A DNA stretch of 64,000 nt. Origin: Trichoplax adhaerens. Taxonomy: Eukaryota > Animalia > Placozoa. Position numbers and translations under genes: made by a program. The stretch spans positions 4,036,449-4,100,448 of the forward strand of contig NW_002060949.1 of assembly GCF_000150275.1 (NCBI RefSeq), written 5' to 3'. This document shows, piece by piece, positions 36,552-51,019 of this stretch. The notes below the pieces were generated by a model. It saw only the letters and a list, made by a program, of their open reading frames with translations. It had not been told where the DNA came from and did no database searches. Numbering within the stretch: position 1 is the first letter of the stretch; every line of letters begins with the position of its first letter.

Positions 36552-39500
36552 CTTCATTCTCTATAACAGAATCAGAGAAAATACAAATCCGTATAAAATA
36601 TCACTTTAATCTACAAGTTCTCACCTCTAACAATTTTATCATTAGTCAAGGTAAAAGTATTAAATAATAGAATTTATCTCTATTTTTAAAGCATCTCCAA
36701 TTAATGCAAAATAATATTCGACTGATGATAAAACGCGTTAATTTTAATAACATCTTCTCTTTTAACTAAATATAATTATTTCTCTATGATATGAGGTGAT
36801 ATTCTCGTAATGTAGCCCAGTATAGAATGCAATTTTGTCATCGTAAATTAAATTGTACATTAGCACGATCGTGAAAATAATTTAAAGCTATAAGCATATG
36901 AGATGTTACATTATTTTTATCAGTAATAGCACTATAACTAAGGTAATGTAATGCATCAATACTAGATTTTGGTTTATTTATAATATTAATCATTTTATCG
37001 AGTATAATTCACATTCTATAAATTTTTCAAATCTATTTACACAAAGTACTAAAATCTAAGATATACAAATGCTAACGAGAAAGTTTCATTAAGTAAAAAA
37101 TTTGTTTTGTCAATGTATGGTGTATGCCTTTATTCCTGATAATTTTAAATCATTTTATAGGTTTCCAAAATATTGTATTGAATTTCTACCACTAACTGAT
37201 AAATTATTAAACCTGAAATTTTGCTATTGACAGCTACAATACTACGTATGATGCAATAACATCATTACCAATAAAGAATGTGTTCTTTGTGAAAGAAAGA
37301 AAAATTATCAGAAAAAAATTTCGAGTTTTAAAAGTTCTATCCTGGTTAATTATTATTTACATTTTCATACGATATAAACACCTTTATATTGCAGCCGTAA
37401 TAGCACAGCAGTAATTCTAAAACAAAATTATTAATTATCGAATTACATTATAAAATTGCTGTCGAAATAAGCAGATAATCAACTGTCCTAATAACCGCTG
37501 GTGTTCAAGATAAAGATATGTTTTATCAATTACAATAACCAATACTTAAGCTTCCTCCTCCTCGTTACAAATCTCCTTTGTAACAAGAAACCGGGTCTTA
37601 AACACTATCTTCACTAGTACTCGAGCTCCCAACTAACTTATATACAATAGCGAATGGTAATTATTAACTGGATATTACTTTTCACTCCTTATAATGGGTA
37701 AATAAAATAGTAATGCCATAAAAGTAAAACTAATGCTATGGGAATTGATTAAATACTGCTCATCATTATTTTAAAAGAATAAATTACTATGCTAGTACAT
37801 GGCATTATAAATTCTACCTACAGCTATATAATCATTTTCATTCCTTATCACTTACTGTATAAACCAGAATGAAACACATTATAAATTTTTTACCTATGGC
37901 AATTAAAGTATAAGTAACATCTTAACAATATCCTTTGTCATGAATGACTTGTCTACCAAAAATTTTTCTTCAAGTAAATGGAGCCTAGTTTCCCACTATT
38001 ATTCAGTTTATTGTAAATGATAATAGATTAACACTCAAACAAAAATTGACCTATTAACTTTACATTTTTTTTTGATCGAAGAAAATTGCTAAATCGCATA
38101 AAATTTCTTTACCTAAAGAATTTTGCATATGTAATGCACGAATAATTTGATTGCCAAAGATTTTATTGTATCAGGCATCACTATTATACAAATAGTTCAA
38201 GAATAATATAAACGGATATCCTTAGGCCGTTAATTTATAGGCGGACAGCTAAAATTCCCAGAATTACATAATAATACCGGCTACTGTGTTTATTTCTTTG
38301 CAGCAACCAAGAGATATTAATCCTTAACTTTTAATAATAAAATCTCATTAATGCTTAGCATGAAGATAATTTAACCCAAAGAATATCGCAATGAAATTAA
38401 CGCAAAATTATAAAAACAACATAAACAATATGCGAACTTATTATGCGTAGTACAATGCCCTTATTACTATTATTACTTCAGAATGCGCTAATATCAATTT
38501 TTATCCCGATCCTACAAATACAGTAAACTGTTAGTTGCTGGTAATAATTAGTACCATGATATATTTATATCCTCTTCTAGAAATATATATAGAAATATGA
38601 ATTATGAATGTAAACAAATTAATAAAACTAGAAACTGGTTGCAAGTCCACTTTTACTCTTTAAGTAAGAGTAAACGATAATCGGAAGTAAAAATATTCAT
38701 AAATTTTACAGTACGGTACTACTCTAGGCACCTGAACACATAAATAGTAATATATTCAATAGCTTACTCTCATTTTTGGACAAGGAACAATAATATTCAT
38801 TTGAAAACAAATTATTATATCTACCCTGAGTAATATCCATTTTAAATCTACTGTAACTCTCACCACAAAAAAGAAATATTCTAGTTGGTTAGAGATGGAT
38901 ACTATCGGAATACTGATTTCTCTACACACAAGCATTACTCATGGAGAATACGTACTAAGGCTGCATTCTTACTTTAAGAGCCTAAATAAATAACTGCATT
39001 TGATATCATATCCAATACTATTTTTGATGTCACTCATAAATAATTTTAACGCATGTAACCATTATTAATATGAAAGTATAATATCATGAGGACATTCAAA
39101 TGGATTGCTTATCATTGCTATCTTAATTCCTAAATAGCATCGTTATGACGTAAATACTCCATAAAATTTGATACCGTAATCATTTAAACTCCTAAACAAT
39201 GATGCAAATATACCTTCTGCACCAATAAACTTTATCATAAAACTACTCTGATTGAAAGTTAGCTTATAATGACTAAATATGCTTAAGTCTAAACAATTTA
39301 ACTATTGGATGTATCTATCATAATTAAGCATAACTATCGTAGTTCTACTGTAAAAACATCAGTTATAAAAAGGTTAATCCTCTCTTAAGTAAAATAATCA
39401 AACAGTACGTAAACAAATGACATTGAAAAGCTAAACATTATTAATTTTTACTTCGTGTATTTGCGAATATATAAGCGTAAATTCTGACCCATTAACAATG

Positions 39501-42500
39501 ATTAAGTATTGCTTATGATACATTTTGGCCTTAACTGTTAAAAAAGTACTAACAAACATTCATATATAAAATATAGTAACAGAATTACAACAACTAGGAG
39601 CCAGCTGGATCTAGCAGTATTTGCTTCGCATATCAAAATTGTACGCAAGACTTAAAACAATAAAGTTATGCAATCGCTGATACTATCATCGACTATGCAT
39701 TCGTTTCATACACTCTTTGAATTTAATTTATAGAATTTGAAGACTTATATCTAAGCGTATAACACTTTACCCTTTTAAGATTAGTTGTCCTATGAAAGCA
39801 CAGCTGCTGGGCATCTTAAGTATAAAGATGCATTATTTCATGACTATTAATCAATGCCGTATTGATAAATACCAACATAGTACACACTGTTCCTACTCGT
39901 TGTCGATGAGCATCCAACCTTATCAATAAGGAAGACGAATAGCTTAGTGTAGCAACTCGGGTAATTGCGAAATCAACTATGAATAAGCTATACAAAAATT
40001 ATTTTTGCACTCTCAATCTCATGATACCACTCAAAGAAATCGTTTGTTCCGTATTCGCAAGCAAAATCCCTGCTATGAAAAGGTTCATTTCTAATAATGA
40101 ATGACGCAAAGTAGTTAGACTAATCGCCATTTCTGTTGAGTGTTATACTTTCTAACGAATAGTCGACTCTTGGCTCCGAACTATACTAATTTCAATATTA
40201 AAAAAAGCTGTTAACCCCCAATACATGCATACCGTATCAAAGTAATTAATATTACATTTATTATATCCCTTAGACTAAAAGAAAGAATCTCTTTATTGAT
40301 AGCTCACAGTATCAATATTTAATAGGAATGCAACAGTGAATTCGACAAGATATCAGCCTATATTACTTAAATAGTGATCCATTCACATATTATTAGGTAT
40401 TAGACTGATCAAAATCTAACGATAAAGGAATAATCACTCATTTAAGCTACTATTATAGAGAAAGTCATTAAATTAAAGCATCAAATATTTTAAGAATACA
40501 ATAAATTCTATTTTGATTTATCCTAATTCCAATTAAACTATCAATGTACGCGGACCTTTCGAAAAATTCACGTTTTGGTCTTGAGACTTTTCAATCTCCT
40601 GCTGTTATCTAAACAACAGAGTCTAATTCAATATATGTACATATGGTGCCATCTTTAAGAGAGAGCAAAGTATTTGTGTTAGAACTATTGTAATATTGTT
40701 TTAATAGCTATATTAAAGAAATTTAATATAGCCAATCCTACAGCAAAAACACCCTTATTTAACGAAGAAATTAGAGCAAACTCAATGATTCATCATTTCA
40801 GCTTTATTAGAAACAAAAAAAGAACATATAACACTAGCATATTTTGCGATGCTATTGCAATAGTTACTTATGATCTCATAAATGAACAACAATTTTATTG
40901 TGAGAATTGTACGAAAGACTGTATTTACTAAAGATAAACTATAATGCAGTATATTTATGAGAATAATATTGCCGATACATTCCAAAAATCTTGATCCAGC
41001 GCAACGCTAAGTTGTACTGAAACACTACATGCTATTGGATTAAAGCTTGAAGACAGCTTTGTAGCTCAGCATAGATTGTGAAAATAAGGGACATCGATTT
41101 GAAGGTAATATTCATAACCTAAAATCAGTAGTGTCTAACATTAAGTGGTTAAACGAAAATGTGGTGTGTAGCTTATAAACCGATCACCAATGCTATTAAA
41201 ACTAGAAAACAATACATACAAAATATATTTGCCTAGCATTCAGGCTGATAGGAATTAAAAAGTCATCCAACAGACAAAAATTTCTTAAAATGTAAAATAC
41301 GATTATTAAAAGGCTAATTGTTAAGATTGCAAATTAACAAGCAAGTAATGCACTACTAAAAATGATCTAGATCGGTAGATTCTCTATAAGCAATAAATTT
41401 ACATAGAATTGCTAAAATGCTATATGCTACTCTTACTAACCATTGTACATAATACTATTTGCGACTAAAATATATTAAAATTGTTGTAGCCCAATATTGT
41501 AGTTTATTAGCATTACTATCTGTCTAATTCATCATGTCCTCAGACTATGAACGTATTAGCTTAAGTTTGAGTACAGCATACACTTGTATGCAATTATCTT
41601 TACTTTGGTAGTCTAGTAAATTGCTTCAGAAATCGATATTTACAGGTTATTTAAGATATAATCCAGTTTTCATAACAACACGGAATCTGATATGATAGCT
41701 TACTTATTGAGACCTGTAATCTTCTTGTAAACTATCATTGCGCATAACACGAGTACTCTTGGAAATATTGATACAGCGTGATTTATTTCCTCTAGTCTAT
41801 CGGTACATTCTCGCACAGTTTCATAGCAACAATAATTTTTGATAAAATAATCAATTTATTATGAACCACTCTGCTACGGCTAAATATATACTGCGTTCCG
41901 AGCTATCATAGAATAAGTAAAATTTACTGTGCATAGAATTCTGTGTAAGTCAATTACCCGTTTAAAAATAGCAAAGTTAACAATAATATAATTTAATTAA
42001 TTACCATAATTAATTAGCTTATATCCCACAGCCAATGGTGTTACAAATTTACGACTAAAGTGGTTGATTCTACTTTAAAATATTATTGGCCCTAACTTAC
42101 TTTAACGATTAGATTCTCCCCTTACGATAAATTGCCTTTAAAATACTGTACTATCCAAAATATAATTTCCTATAATTAATAAAGAAATTCATTATTGTAC
42201 TTCATATGATTACATCGATTTAACAAGAAGCACCTGCAATTCAATAGGTTATAGAGTAATAGCAGTTTATGTTTTCTGATTTATAGCTCCACACTGAACA
42301 ACATAAAATTCCAATCAATTCATCTTATGCGGAGCATGGAATTAAATTTAATTTATAGATATGTTCGCATTTTTACTCTGCAACAATATCCTAATATATC
42401 TTCATCAAAGACGTTATAAAATTCATAGCTATGGACACCTAGTTGGTAAATCTACTTTATCTATACCTTATAGTACGAAATTGGAGTGAATCCTTCGCGT

Positions 42501-44736
42501 AAACATCATAAATTTGACTATAAGTCATTTTATATACACATAACCGGTCTATAACTACGTATTATGCACAGTTAACAGTACCATGATAAACTTGCTAACT
42601 ATTAGCGGATATACTTGTCATTCAATCAATAGCATACTAACATACCAATCTTTATGCTATATCAAAACTATAGTCAGCTTTTATACAAAGCGCAGGGTTT
42701 ACTGTAACCTTTTGTAAAACTTACATACAAGTAGTAGTACGTAGTTAACTGCCAAACATCCGTAAATTTTAATACGTGTACAATCAGTGAGAGTGCTTAC
42801 GAATAATGATAATAAGCAGTACTCTCATGTACTTTCTTATGAGTATAGGATGGAAATCAACTAGTCCCATAGATATGTATACGACTAAATCCAATATAGC
42901 TATACCTATCACTGGAAATTACCATAGTAATTACTTTATATAATAAAATTATCCAAAATACTTGTTAACATGATAACCCTAATTTGCCGTTTAATTTTAT
43001 CTCAACATCTCGTATCGACATTATGAGATTAAAGCAACTTTTAAACCTCACTTAAAATATAGGATTACTCTAGCATTTAGTCAGTTGTGAACTGTTTTAT
43101 TCAAAATTCCAGTCTATATCATAACTATTACTCTAAGGTTTGTACCTCGATTCAGAATATAGTCTAATCATATTCCCATTACAAGATACACAGAATCAAA
43201 CTCATAGAAAAGTCTATTGTTGCCATCAAAATAGACTCTGTCAAGGCATGCACAGAAACTGCTGCAGTTGTTGATCGCGATCGCTATTTATACCAATCTA
43301 TTTTTAGAGAATTTATGACGTTGCATTGGTAAATAGATTGAATAGAAATTGAATAACTATAGTAGCAAATTGACCTTGCTATGGGGAATAAGCAATAATA
43401 GAGAACAAAGCGAATAATACTTACTTGACGACTAATGAAAAGGTAATTCTTGTATGGGCGACAATAGAAACTAGCAACTTGCCCAAAGGTGCTGTAGCCA
43501 ATTGGCAATTGTTCTTAAGTCATTCTATTTTGTTTATTCCACAAGTTATACGTATAAATTACTAGAAAACTTTATAATGCCTAGTTAGACGGCCGTATTT
43601 TCATTGATGTCATCATTGTTCTTAAAATAGGAATATTAAATGTAGGCTTTAGTATAAAAAGTGCATAACAATTCATTGTTGTTCTATCACATGAATGGCA
43701 TTTTCGCAAATAAGATAACAATACATTAGTTAAAATTGTAGCCATAAGAAGATATAGTTAAAGGCATCCAGTCTATGTAGCAGTGATGATGATTATTAGA
43801 TGCTGACATCATATTGGCATTCCACTGATATACTTGACTTTTAGCCTATTGAATGATCGTCTAGTTGATAGTTAAGACTATTTTCTCGATGCATGTATAG
43901 TTCATATGGGATCGATTGCCTCAATTAAAATAGCATACATTCACAAAAACATGCATACAAAAAGGATGATACACTATGATATATAAAATATAGACATCAA
44001 CATAAAGTAAAAGATGAAATCTAAAAAATGCCGCGAGAAAAAGAATTAATCCAATGGTTTTTATTGTCTGTACTCAATCAACATCGTGTTCATCAATATA
44101 TATCTTGTATTGAACGTAATACTTTTTAAAGGATCACACCGGATACAGGACATAAAACCAGACGATTAGTATTAAATATATATATATAGAAACGCGACAA
44201 GTTGAGGCGTTACGTAAATAGTAACTGCGGAATGGATTCCTTTTGTCTACATTCCACGTGGATGTTGATCAGTTCGCGTTACTAATTGGCTTATGTTTTA
44301 TTGACGTCAGATTAATCTCCATAGCTACGTGCTACAACTACTTGTTAAAAGTTGTTGACGGTCGTAGTCATCGGCATTTCTCAGTTTAACCTTAAGTGTT
44401 GAAGAGGGTTTAACGATAACCCAAATTACGCGAAAAGGTATGCGATATCGAGACTTTGAATTGATTGTGATTTTTGGGCTAAGCTTGAAAGATAGTTTGT
44501 CATTTTTAATGCTACTGTAAAACAATTACGGTTAGAATAGAACTACAATTTCAGTACAGTAATCAACAGGTAGTTTTATATCCGATAGCAACATAAAGAT
44601 AATCATTTTTGAACATGTTTGACTAATATATATTTCTTCATCTTTTTCTATATTGGTAGGATCGATATAGAAAACTTTTTGGACGACTTTTCCTTTTTTA
44701 CTGGAGAATTAAAAAACTTAAACACTACAAACGAAA

Positions 44737-46469
44737 ATGTATAAATTCACTTTAATAGTTGTTCTAGTCGCTATCACCCAGTTGGCTGCTGGTCAAGTTA
44801 GTTTAATCATTTACAGTACGGCTGACGAAAATATGGCCAGTTCCGCTGATGGTAAGTTTCTTTATAGAACATCAAGACAAATGGAGTAAAAAACCTTCTG
44901 TAAAATTTTTATTGCGCTATCTACATGACCGTCGTTTATTCACGAATCTAAAACTATCATTTTAATCTATAACATCGATCGATCGTAAAATTTATTCATC
45001 AAATTGCTTAGTAGCTTTACAAAATCGAGTTAAAAATAATTCTACTACGATCACCGTAGAAATATTTACTAAAGTCCAATTATCAAACTCGATCGAATAG
45101 CTTAATTATATGCCATCACTAAAATCAAATCTCCTCTCTTCTCTTCTCCTTATTATTTATAGTAACCGCAACCATCTCGCAACCAATAGATGGTAAGTGA
45201 TGATTAGTAAAATTTTTTTAGTACCTAGATACCATTTCTTAACTCTAAGTAAAGATGAGTATCGCAGTAAAACAATTATCCTAAGCTACGCAAACAATAG
45301 GCACAATAATAGAATCTTTAGAGTTAATTAAGAGTAAAGACAATCCATGGATTTCGATCAACAAACTAATCTATTTTTCTATCTTTTTTTCTCTCCTTAT
45401 TACCTTCATCTCTATCTATAGCAAGTAAGTTATTACAATTTTTAGCATAATTTCACATCTTCGACTGTTTTGTAGTAGACAGTAATGTAAAAATTAACAG
45501 TAGATATGGACAGTCTTCATTAGCTTGGTTACCATAGTTACCCAATTTAATCGATGCTTTGATCTTGTTTCCACAGCTACTGGTTCTTATATGCCAACAC
45601 CAACAATCTCAGCTACTGCTACATCATCCGGTGTAACACCAACTGCTGCCGCTACATCGACACCAGTTGCTGGTAAATTGAATATTATAATTTTTAGCCC
45701 TATACTCTTCATTTCAGTGACTATTAGTTACTACATATTCGTAATCTTTGTTCTATAATAAATTAAATAAATGACTTCTACTGTAGCTTGGGGACAATGG
45801 GGCGCTTGGACTCTTGGTACATGCTCTAATGCTTGCGGAAATGGTACAACTACTCGTTCTAGAAAACGATGCAAAGTCAATGATGTTAACTTCTGTGAGA
45901 ATGAAAATGTAGCAAACTATCCCTGCGTTGGACCCTGCACAACCACTTCTGGCAATACCACTGCCACACCAGTAGCTGGTAAGATTTTGAAATAACTAAA
46001 ATTAACCCGCAACTTTTTAATTGAATTTGATTTTGTTAACTCAATTTTATATAACGATCAAGAAAATAATGCATTTATTTTCTATTCCATATAGCATGGG
46101 GACAATGGAGTGCTTGGGTCGGTGGGGCTTGTTCCAACCCTTGCGGTAACGGTACTCACACTCGCACCAGGCAAAGATGCAAAGTCAACGATAATAAAAA
46201 CTGCGAAAATAAACAAGAAGACAACGCTTTCTGTGTTGGCACATGTGGAACAAATTCTACAGTTATACCCACTAGTGGTGCTCCGCACACTACTACCCAT
46301 TCTTTGCCCTTGGTTATCGCTTTAGTTTTCATCAGGTACATCAATTTTATTTTAAAAGTCATCGATAGCGAATGAACTGTTAAGGTTAAATATGAGCTTA
46401 TGCCATTAAATTGCCAGATTTTGATCAAAATGTTTCTTTATTTACAGTTTTATGCAGTATTTCTTCTGA
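44737..46469 (+). CDS. Secreted/GPI-anchored Thr/Ser-rich protein with two thrombospondin type-1 (TSR) repeats
   Basis: Exons 44737-44851 (signal peptide MYKFTLIVVLVAITQLAAG), 45163-45192, [45422-45424], 45577-45672 (mucin-like), 45787-45978 (WGQWGAW..CSNACGNGTTTRSRKRC), 46095-46335 (WGQWSAW..CSNPCGNGTHTRTRQRC..TSGAPHTTTHSLPLVIALVFIS) and 46448-46469 (FMQYFF*). Internal introns are phase 1. Confidence 0.88.
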
Positions 46470-47560
46470 GTCGGATAAGCCGTTTACTTTCTCGGGATAC
46501 GGTTTTACTACGAGAGAAAATAGCCTAGAAGATTCGCTTTATTGAAAACAAAAAAAATTAGAACTCTTTACTGCATAAAATTTGAAGATTTTTCTCACAT
46601 TGCTGTCGAACGGCTAAACAGGATTACAGAGTATGATTTGCATGCTTTATTTATCGTCTAAAAATATAACCAATGTACAGTAGATTCAAAAGCACTAATC
46701 ATAATGATGCTTTCTAAAGTGAGTTTAATAATTTCTTTGCAAAGTTATTAAACGACAAAGTATTCTATCATAATACTCGACGTCAACAAAATTTATTTGT
46801 TGAAAAGTATTAAGCTACTAAGTTGCTTCTTTAATTTTGTTTCTTACTATCTAATTTCAGTAGCAAATATATATTACAAAATTACTTGAGTAAATATCTG
46901 TGTAACTAATCAAGTTTTTGCTATACTTTTTTCTATATTTGATTTTAGTCATATTAATCTAGATACGTTACCACATCGATGATATTTCATCATTACACGT
47001 GGTAGTTGCGTATTTCGATATTGCTCTTGTAAAACATCAACAGCGGATATACAAGTTGTATTAATTAATTATATAGTGATCTTGCGAATACAGCGCATAG
47101 TCGTACAATATCATTATATTTCATAAGCTAACGTCGACGTACACAGGCGTCCATGTTATAACTTGATATTTTTTGGACTATAACCTGTCCATTCACATGG
47201 ACTTGACATCTTAAACTGCGTTAAATAAAGATTTACTTATTAGAAATAAAATCTCTGATGTATTTTTCTTGTGTTATCGATCAAATCAAAGTAACAAAAT
47301 TGCATGCGAGTTGATATTCTTATATTGCATTACATATAGATCAATTCTGGAATAGTCTGACTTGATATACTAGCATTATGTACTGACTGTAAAGACAATT
47401 TAACGATTTAATCAGCAAATTAACAGGAAATCTCATGTGTTAGCTATTTCTTGTCCTTTTATTATTATTTTTTTATCACGTTATGCGTTATTGCAGCATT
47501 ACTAATAAGTTCTATTTAAAGGTAATTCTACAATTTCACATTAAACCTTAGAATACAAAA

Positions 47561-47910
47561 GTAATTTAGATTAGAGTCACTACGACCTAATGAATTTTAG
47601 GTTTATGCTATAGAAGACTATAAATTTCAAGAACACCATCTGCAGTAAAAAATTATCATATTTTAGCGTCGGTTCTGACGCCAAAAATATTAATTTCATT
47701 ACCCTTTCATCTACCATTGTCTAGGTGCTTAAGCCTTATAAGACAAACGTAATTTAGATAAGAGCCACTACGACCTAATGAATTTTAGATTTATGTCACA
47801 GAAGACTATAAATTCCAAGAACATCGTCTGAAGTAAAAAATTATCATATTTTAGCGTCGGTTCTGACGCCAAAAATATCAATTTTATTACCCTTTCATCT
47901 ACCATTGTCT
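47561..47910. repeat. Tandem duplication, 2 x ~188 bp, each copy with an internal hairpin
   Basis: gtaatttagat..ctacgacctaatgaattttag..atattttagcgtcggttctgacgccaaaaatat..ctaccattgtct occurs twice. Confidence 0.9.
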
Positions 47911-48185
47911 TGGTGTATTATGCCCCCAGTAAACAACTATGGTAAATAATTATATAATAATACGTAAGCCAAGATAGCATTGTCTTGTATTTTAATTACC
48001 ATGACTCTTTTTATTATAGATCGCAAGCAGGATCAAGTATAAATGCAAATATCTTAAACCTAACATTGCCTCATCATTGAGTCTTAAGAACTATTCTATT
48101 GCTGCGGTACATATTTATCCATGCTAACTAAATAATGACATATCTTTACCCGTATCTTAAGTATGTGTTGATATAGAATTATAGT

Positions 48186-48748
48186 AAACCCTAACCCTAG
48201 CCCAAACAAGTCATTTCGTATTTAGATCTTGCTGATATTATACTAATAGGCATGGTATCCTTATTATATTAACTACAAAGCACCACCTTACCTATACTTA
48301 CTAGAGTCCCAATGAAACAATTATGGAAGTAATTTCATCATTACACTCCCACATTTCTAGTAATAGCATCTAGAGTAGTCATAACCCCAACAAGTTAGTT
48401 CTAAATCTTGTGATATTATATTCATAGACATGGTATCCTTGTTATGTTAGCTGCGGAGTATCACTTTTCCTATATTTACCAAAGTCCTGATGAAACAATT
48501 ACGGAAAGTAATTTCTTCATTACATTCCCATATTGCTAATAATAGCATCTAGAGTCATAGATAACCCTATTCCTAATCCAGACAAAGTTATTTCGTATCC
48601 AGATCTTGCTGATATTATATTCATAGGTATCACATCCTTGCTATAGTAGTTACAGAGCACCACATTTATTTTACCAGAGCCCCAACGAAACAATTACGTA
48701 AGGTAATTTCTACGTTACAACCCCATATTTCTAATAATAGCATCTATA
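48186..48748. repeat. Diverged tandem repeat, 3 x ~185 bp
   Basis: atcttg(c)tgatattata..gaaacaatta..gtaatttc..taatagcatcta occurs three times. Confidence 0.8.
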
Positions 48749-51019
48749 GTACTTGCTTAAATCGATGCAATCTGTTATACAAGTGCCCATCTATTACTGC
48801 TGTTAACTAATTATCATCACGACAGCTAGTTTTAAAATGCAACAATATTTTCATCGCCAATGCTTACTCCCTTTGCGTGCTCCTAGCTATTTATAATATA
48901 GAATAGTCATCATCAATCGTACCTTAATGAAAGGTAATTATAATTATGTTAAAACTGCTTTCCTACCGAGTGACAATTAATTATCATAATAATAAGTACT
49001 GCATTCTTAACTTAGCTATCATAGATAAAAAAATTCTTATCCAATAATAGCTCAACTTACCGTATTATACTGTATGTAAACAAAGTATTTCTTGCATAGA
49101 CCAAGTGCGAAACTCTCAAAAGTCACATAGTTAATCACACTCTAAAAGAGCTAATGTCAAAAGGTCAAATTAGGCTGAATGTTAATTGGTACTTAATCAT
49201 TTTATTCTGTTTACGATAATTCTAATCGATTATGTGCTATCGAAGTACCTGAAATCGTCTTTAATTTCTGTTGTTCATAAATAGATGATCACGGTACTAA
49301 ATTGTAATTTTCTGAGAGACTTATCAATGACCGAAAAATTTGATTTTCAATATATTTTGTGCTATTGCAGATCTTTCTTAGAGTTAAGTATCAAACAGTA
49401 ACGGATTAGTTCTTATACTTTTATTATTGTGCACATCCTATTCGAATATAATTGTAGATCAATTATAATATGCAGTTACATTGCAATGCAACAAAATTGT
49501 ATTTTCACTGTTTTAGACCATGGAATACGCTAGTGGCTCAATATGGTTTCAAATTATAAATCAGCTTTATTCAAGCTATAATAGCGTTTGTCATGGTCAT
49601 CGTTGAGAAATAATTATATCTAGGCCAATTCTAGGCGTTTCAATTACAATGATCGAAAAGAAGGAATATTTTCGAATCTAAAAAGTTACCAAATAATATA
49701 CGAATCTACAACTTCATCCGGAGCAAAGATAAATTAATGTTTATAATGTATTCATCGTTAACAACATGCTATTGCCAAGCAAGTGATCAGAATGATATCA
49801 TGACATGACCAATTCCGAAAATATTAATTCTTGTTTCATGAATAACATCATATAAACATTAAAATACTCGTATATCTGTATATATAGTCGACAAATATTG
49901 CGTTATGATCAATGATGGAATATATCCATTCATTGAAGTTTGATGATAGCTTAAAGATAGAAATTGGAGTAATTTTAAGATACTTTCATCATCGACAATA
50001 ATCGCTACATATTAGTATTAAATTTAAGACGTCACTACGAAATAACAATTTAACTCAATTATTGCAATAAAGCAATCAACTTTCTAACCATTTGATCATT
50101 TTTAAATATCTAGTAATTATATTGTACCAATATCAACAACACTCTAAGTAGGAGCATTTTATCGTCGTACTATGTCGATCACCTTTTTTTAGTTTTTAAT
50201 CGTAAATAGTATTATATATATATATATATATTATTATGAATCATTAAACAATTCATCATAAATACATGTTTAATTTAAGAGCAGTAAAAGATTTTTCTAA
50301 TTGCACAAGGACAGTATTATGGACTTGTAAATGGATTAAACTCATAATTTTATACACAATATTGAGATTTTGTAATTGATAAAGTGTTTAAATAATATGC
50401 ATCATCCTGGATAATTATAGTTAAGTAATTATGGTATTACATCACAATCGAATATCAAATACCTAGAGTAGTGTAGCTTTAACTGATTAACACTGATAAA
50501 TGTGTGAACTGGAAGATGTACCAAGTTAGTTTCTTATAACTTAGTAAGCCATCTATTAATGTAGCAATTACTGGTACCGTTATATTTTATGTTAAAAATT
50601 TATACTCGAAAACTATTGGCAATGTCGTAACCACTTTCTCGTCATATACAACTGAATTTGCAGTATCTGTGGAATCATATACATTGTCAGTTATCATTCA
50701 GTGGAGCTACTATAAAATAGCCATATTTACTGTTAATTAGTCAATTAATATGGTTGTATGTACGCGCAGAGTCTCTTTTTCAGTAAGCGAAATGTAATCA
50801 ACGGCAGATTATCTTGGGCGTCGGTGATGGCTTATTTTGATGTCTTTAATTGCGTTACAGCAGTAAGATGTAAGGAAAAATTTACCAATTTCCTTTCTAT
50901 GTAATAATTTAATCCAGAAAGGTCTTGATCTATCTTATAGCCAGTATTGCATAAAGCTATTGAAAAATCATGTAAATTGAATATTAATCCCACATGTTGC
51001 TATATATTGTTAGTACTAG

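Noticed and set aside
40782-40985. Hydrophobic ORF with a GN motif as a GPCR remnant
   Set aside because: No other 7TM motifs, and the composition is what AT-rich non-coding DNA would give.
48187-48200. Telomere-like aaccctaaccctag
   Set aside because: Only about two units, inside a degenerate local repeat.
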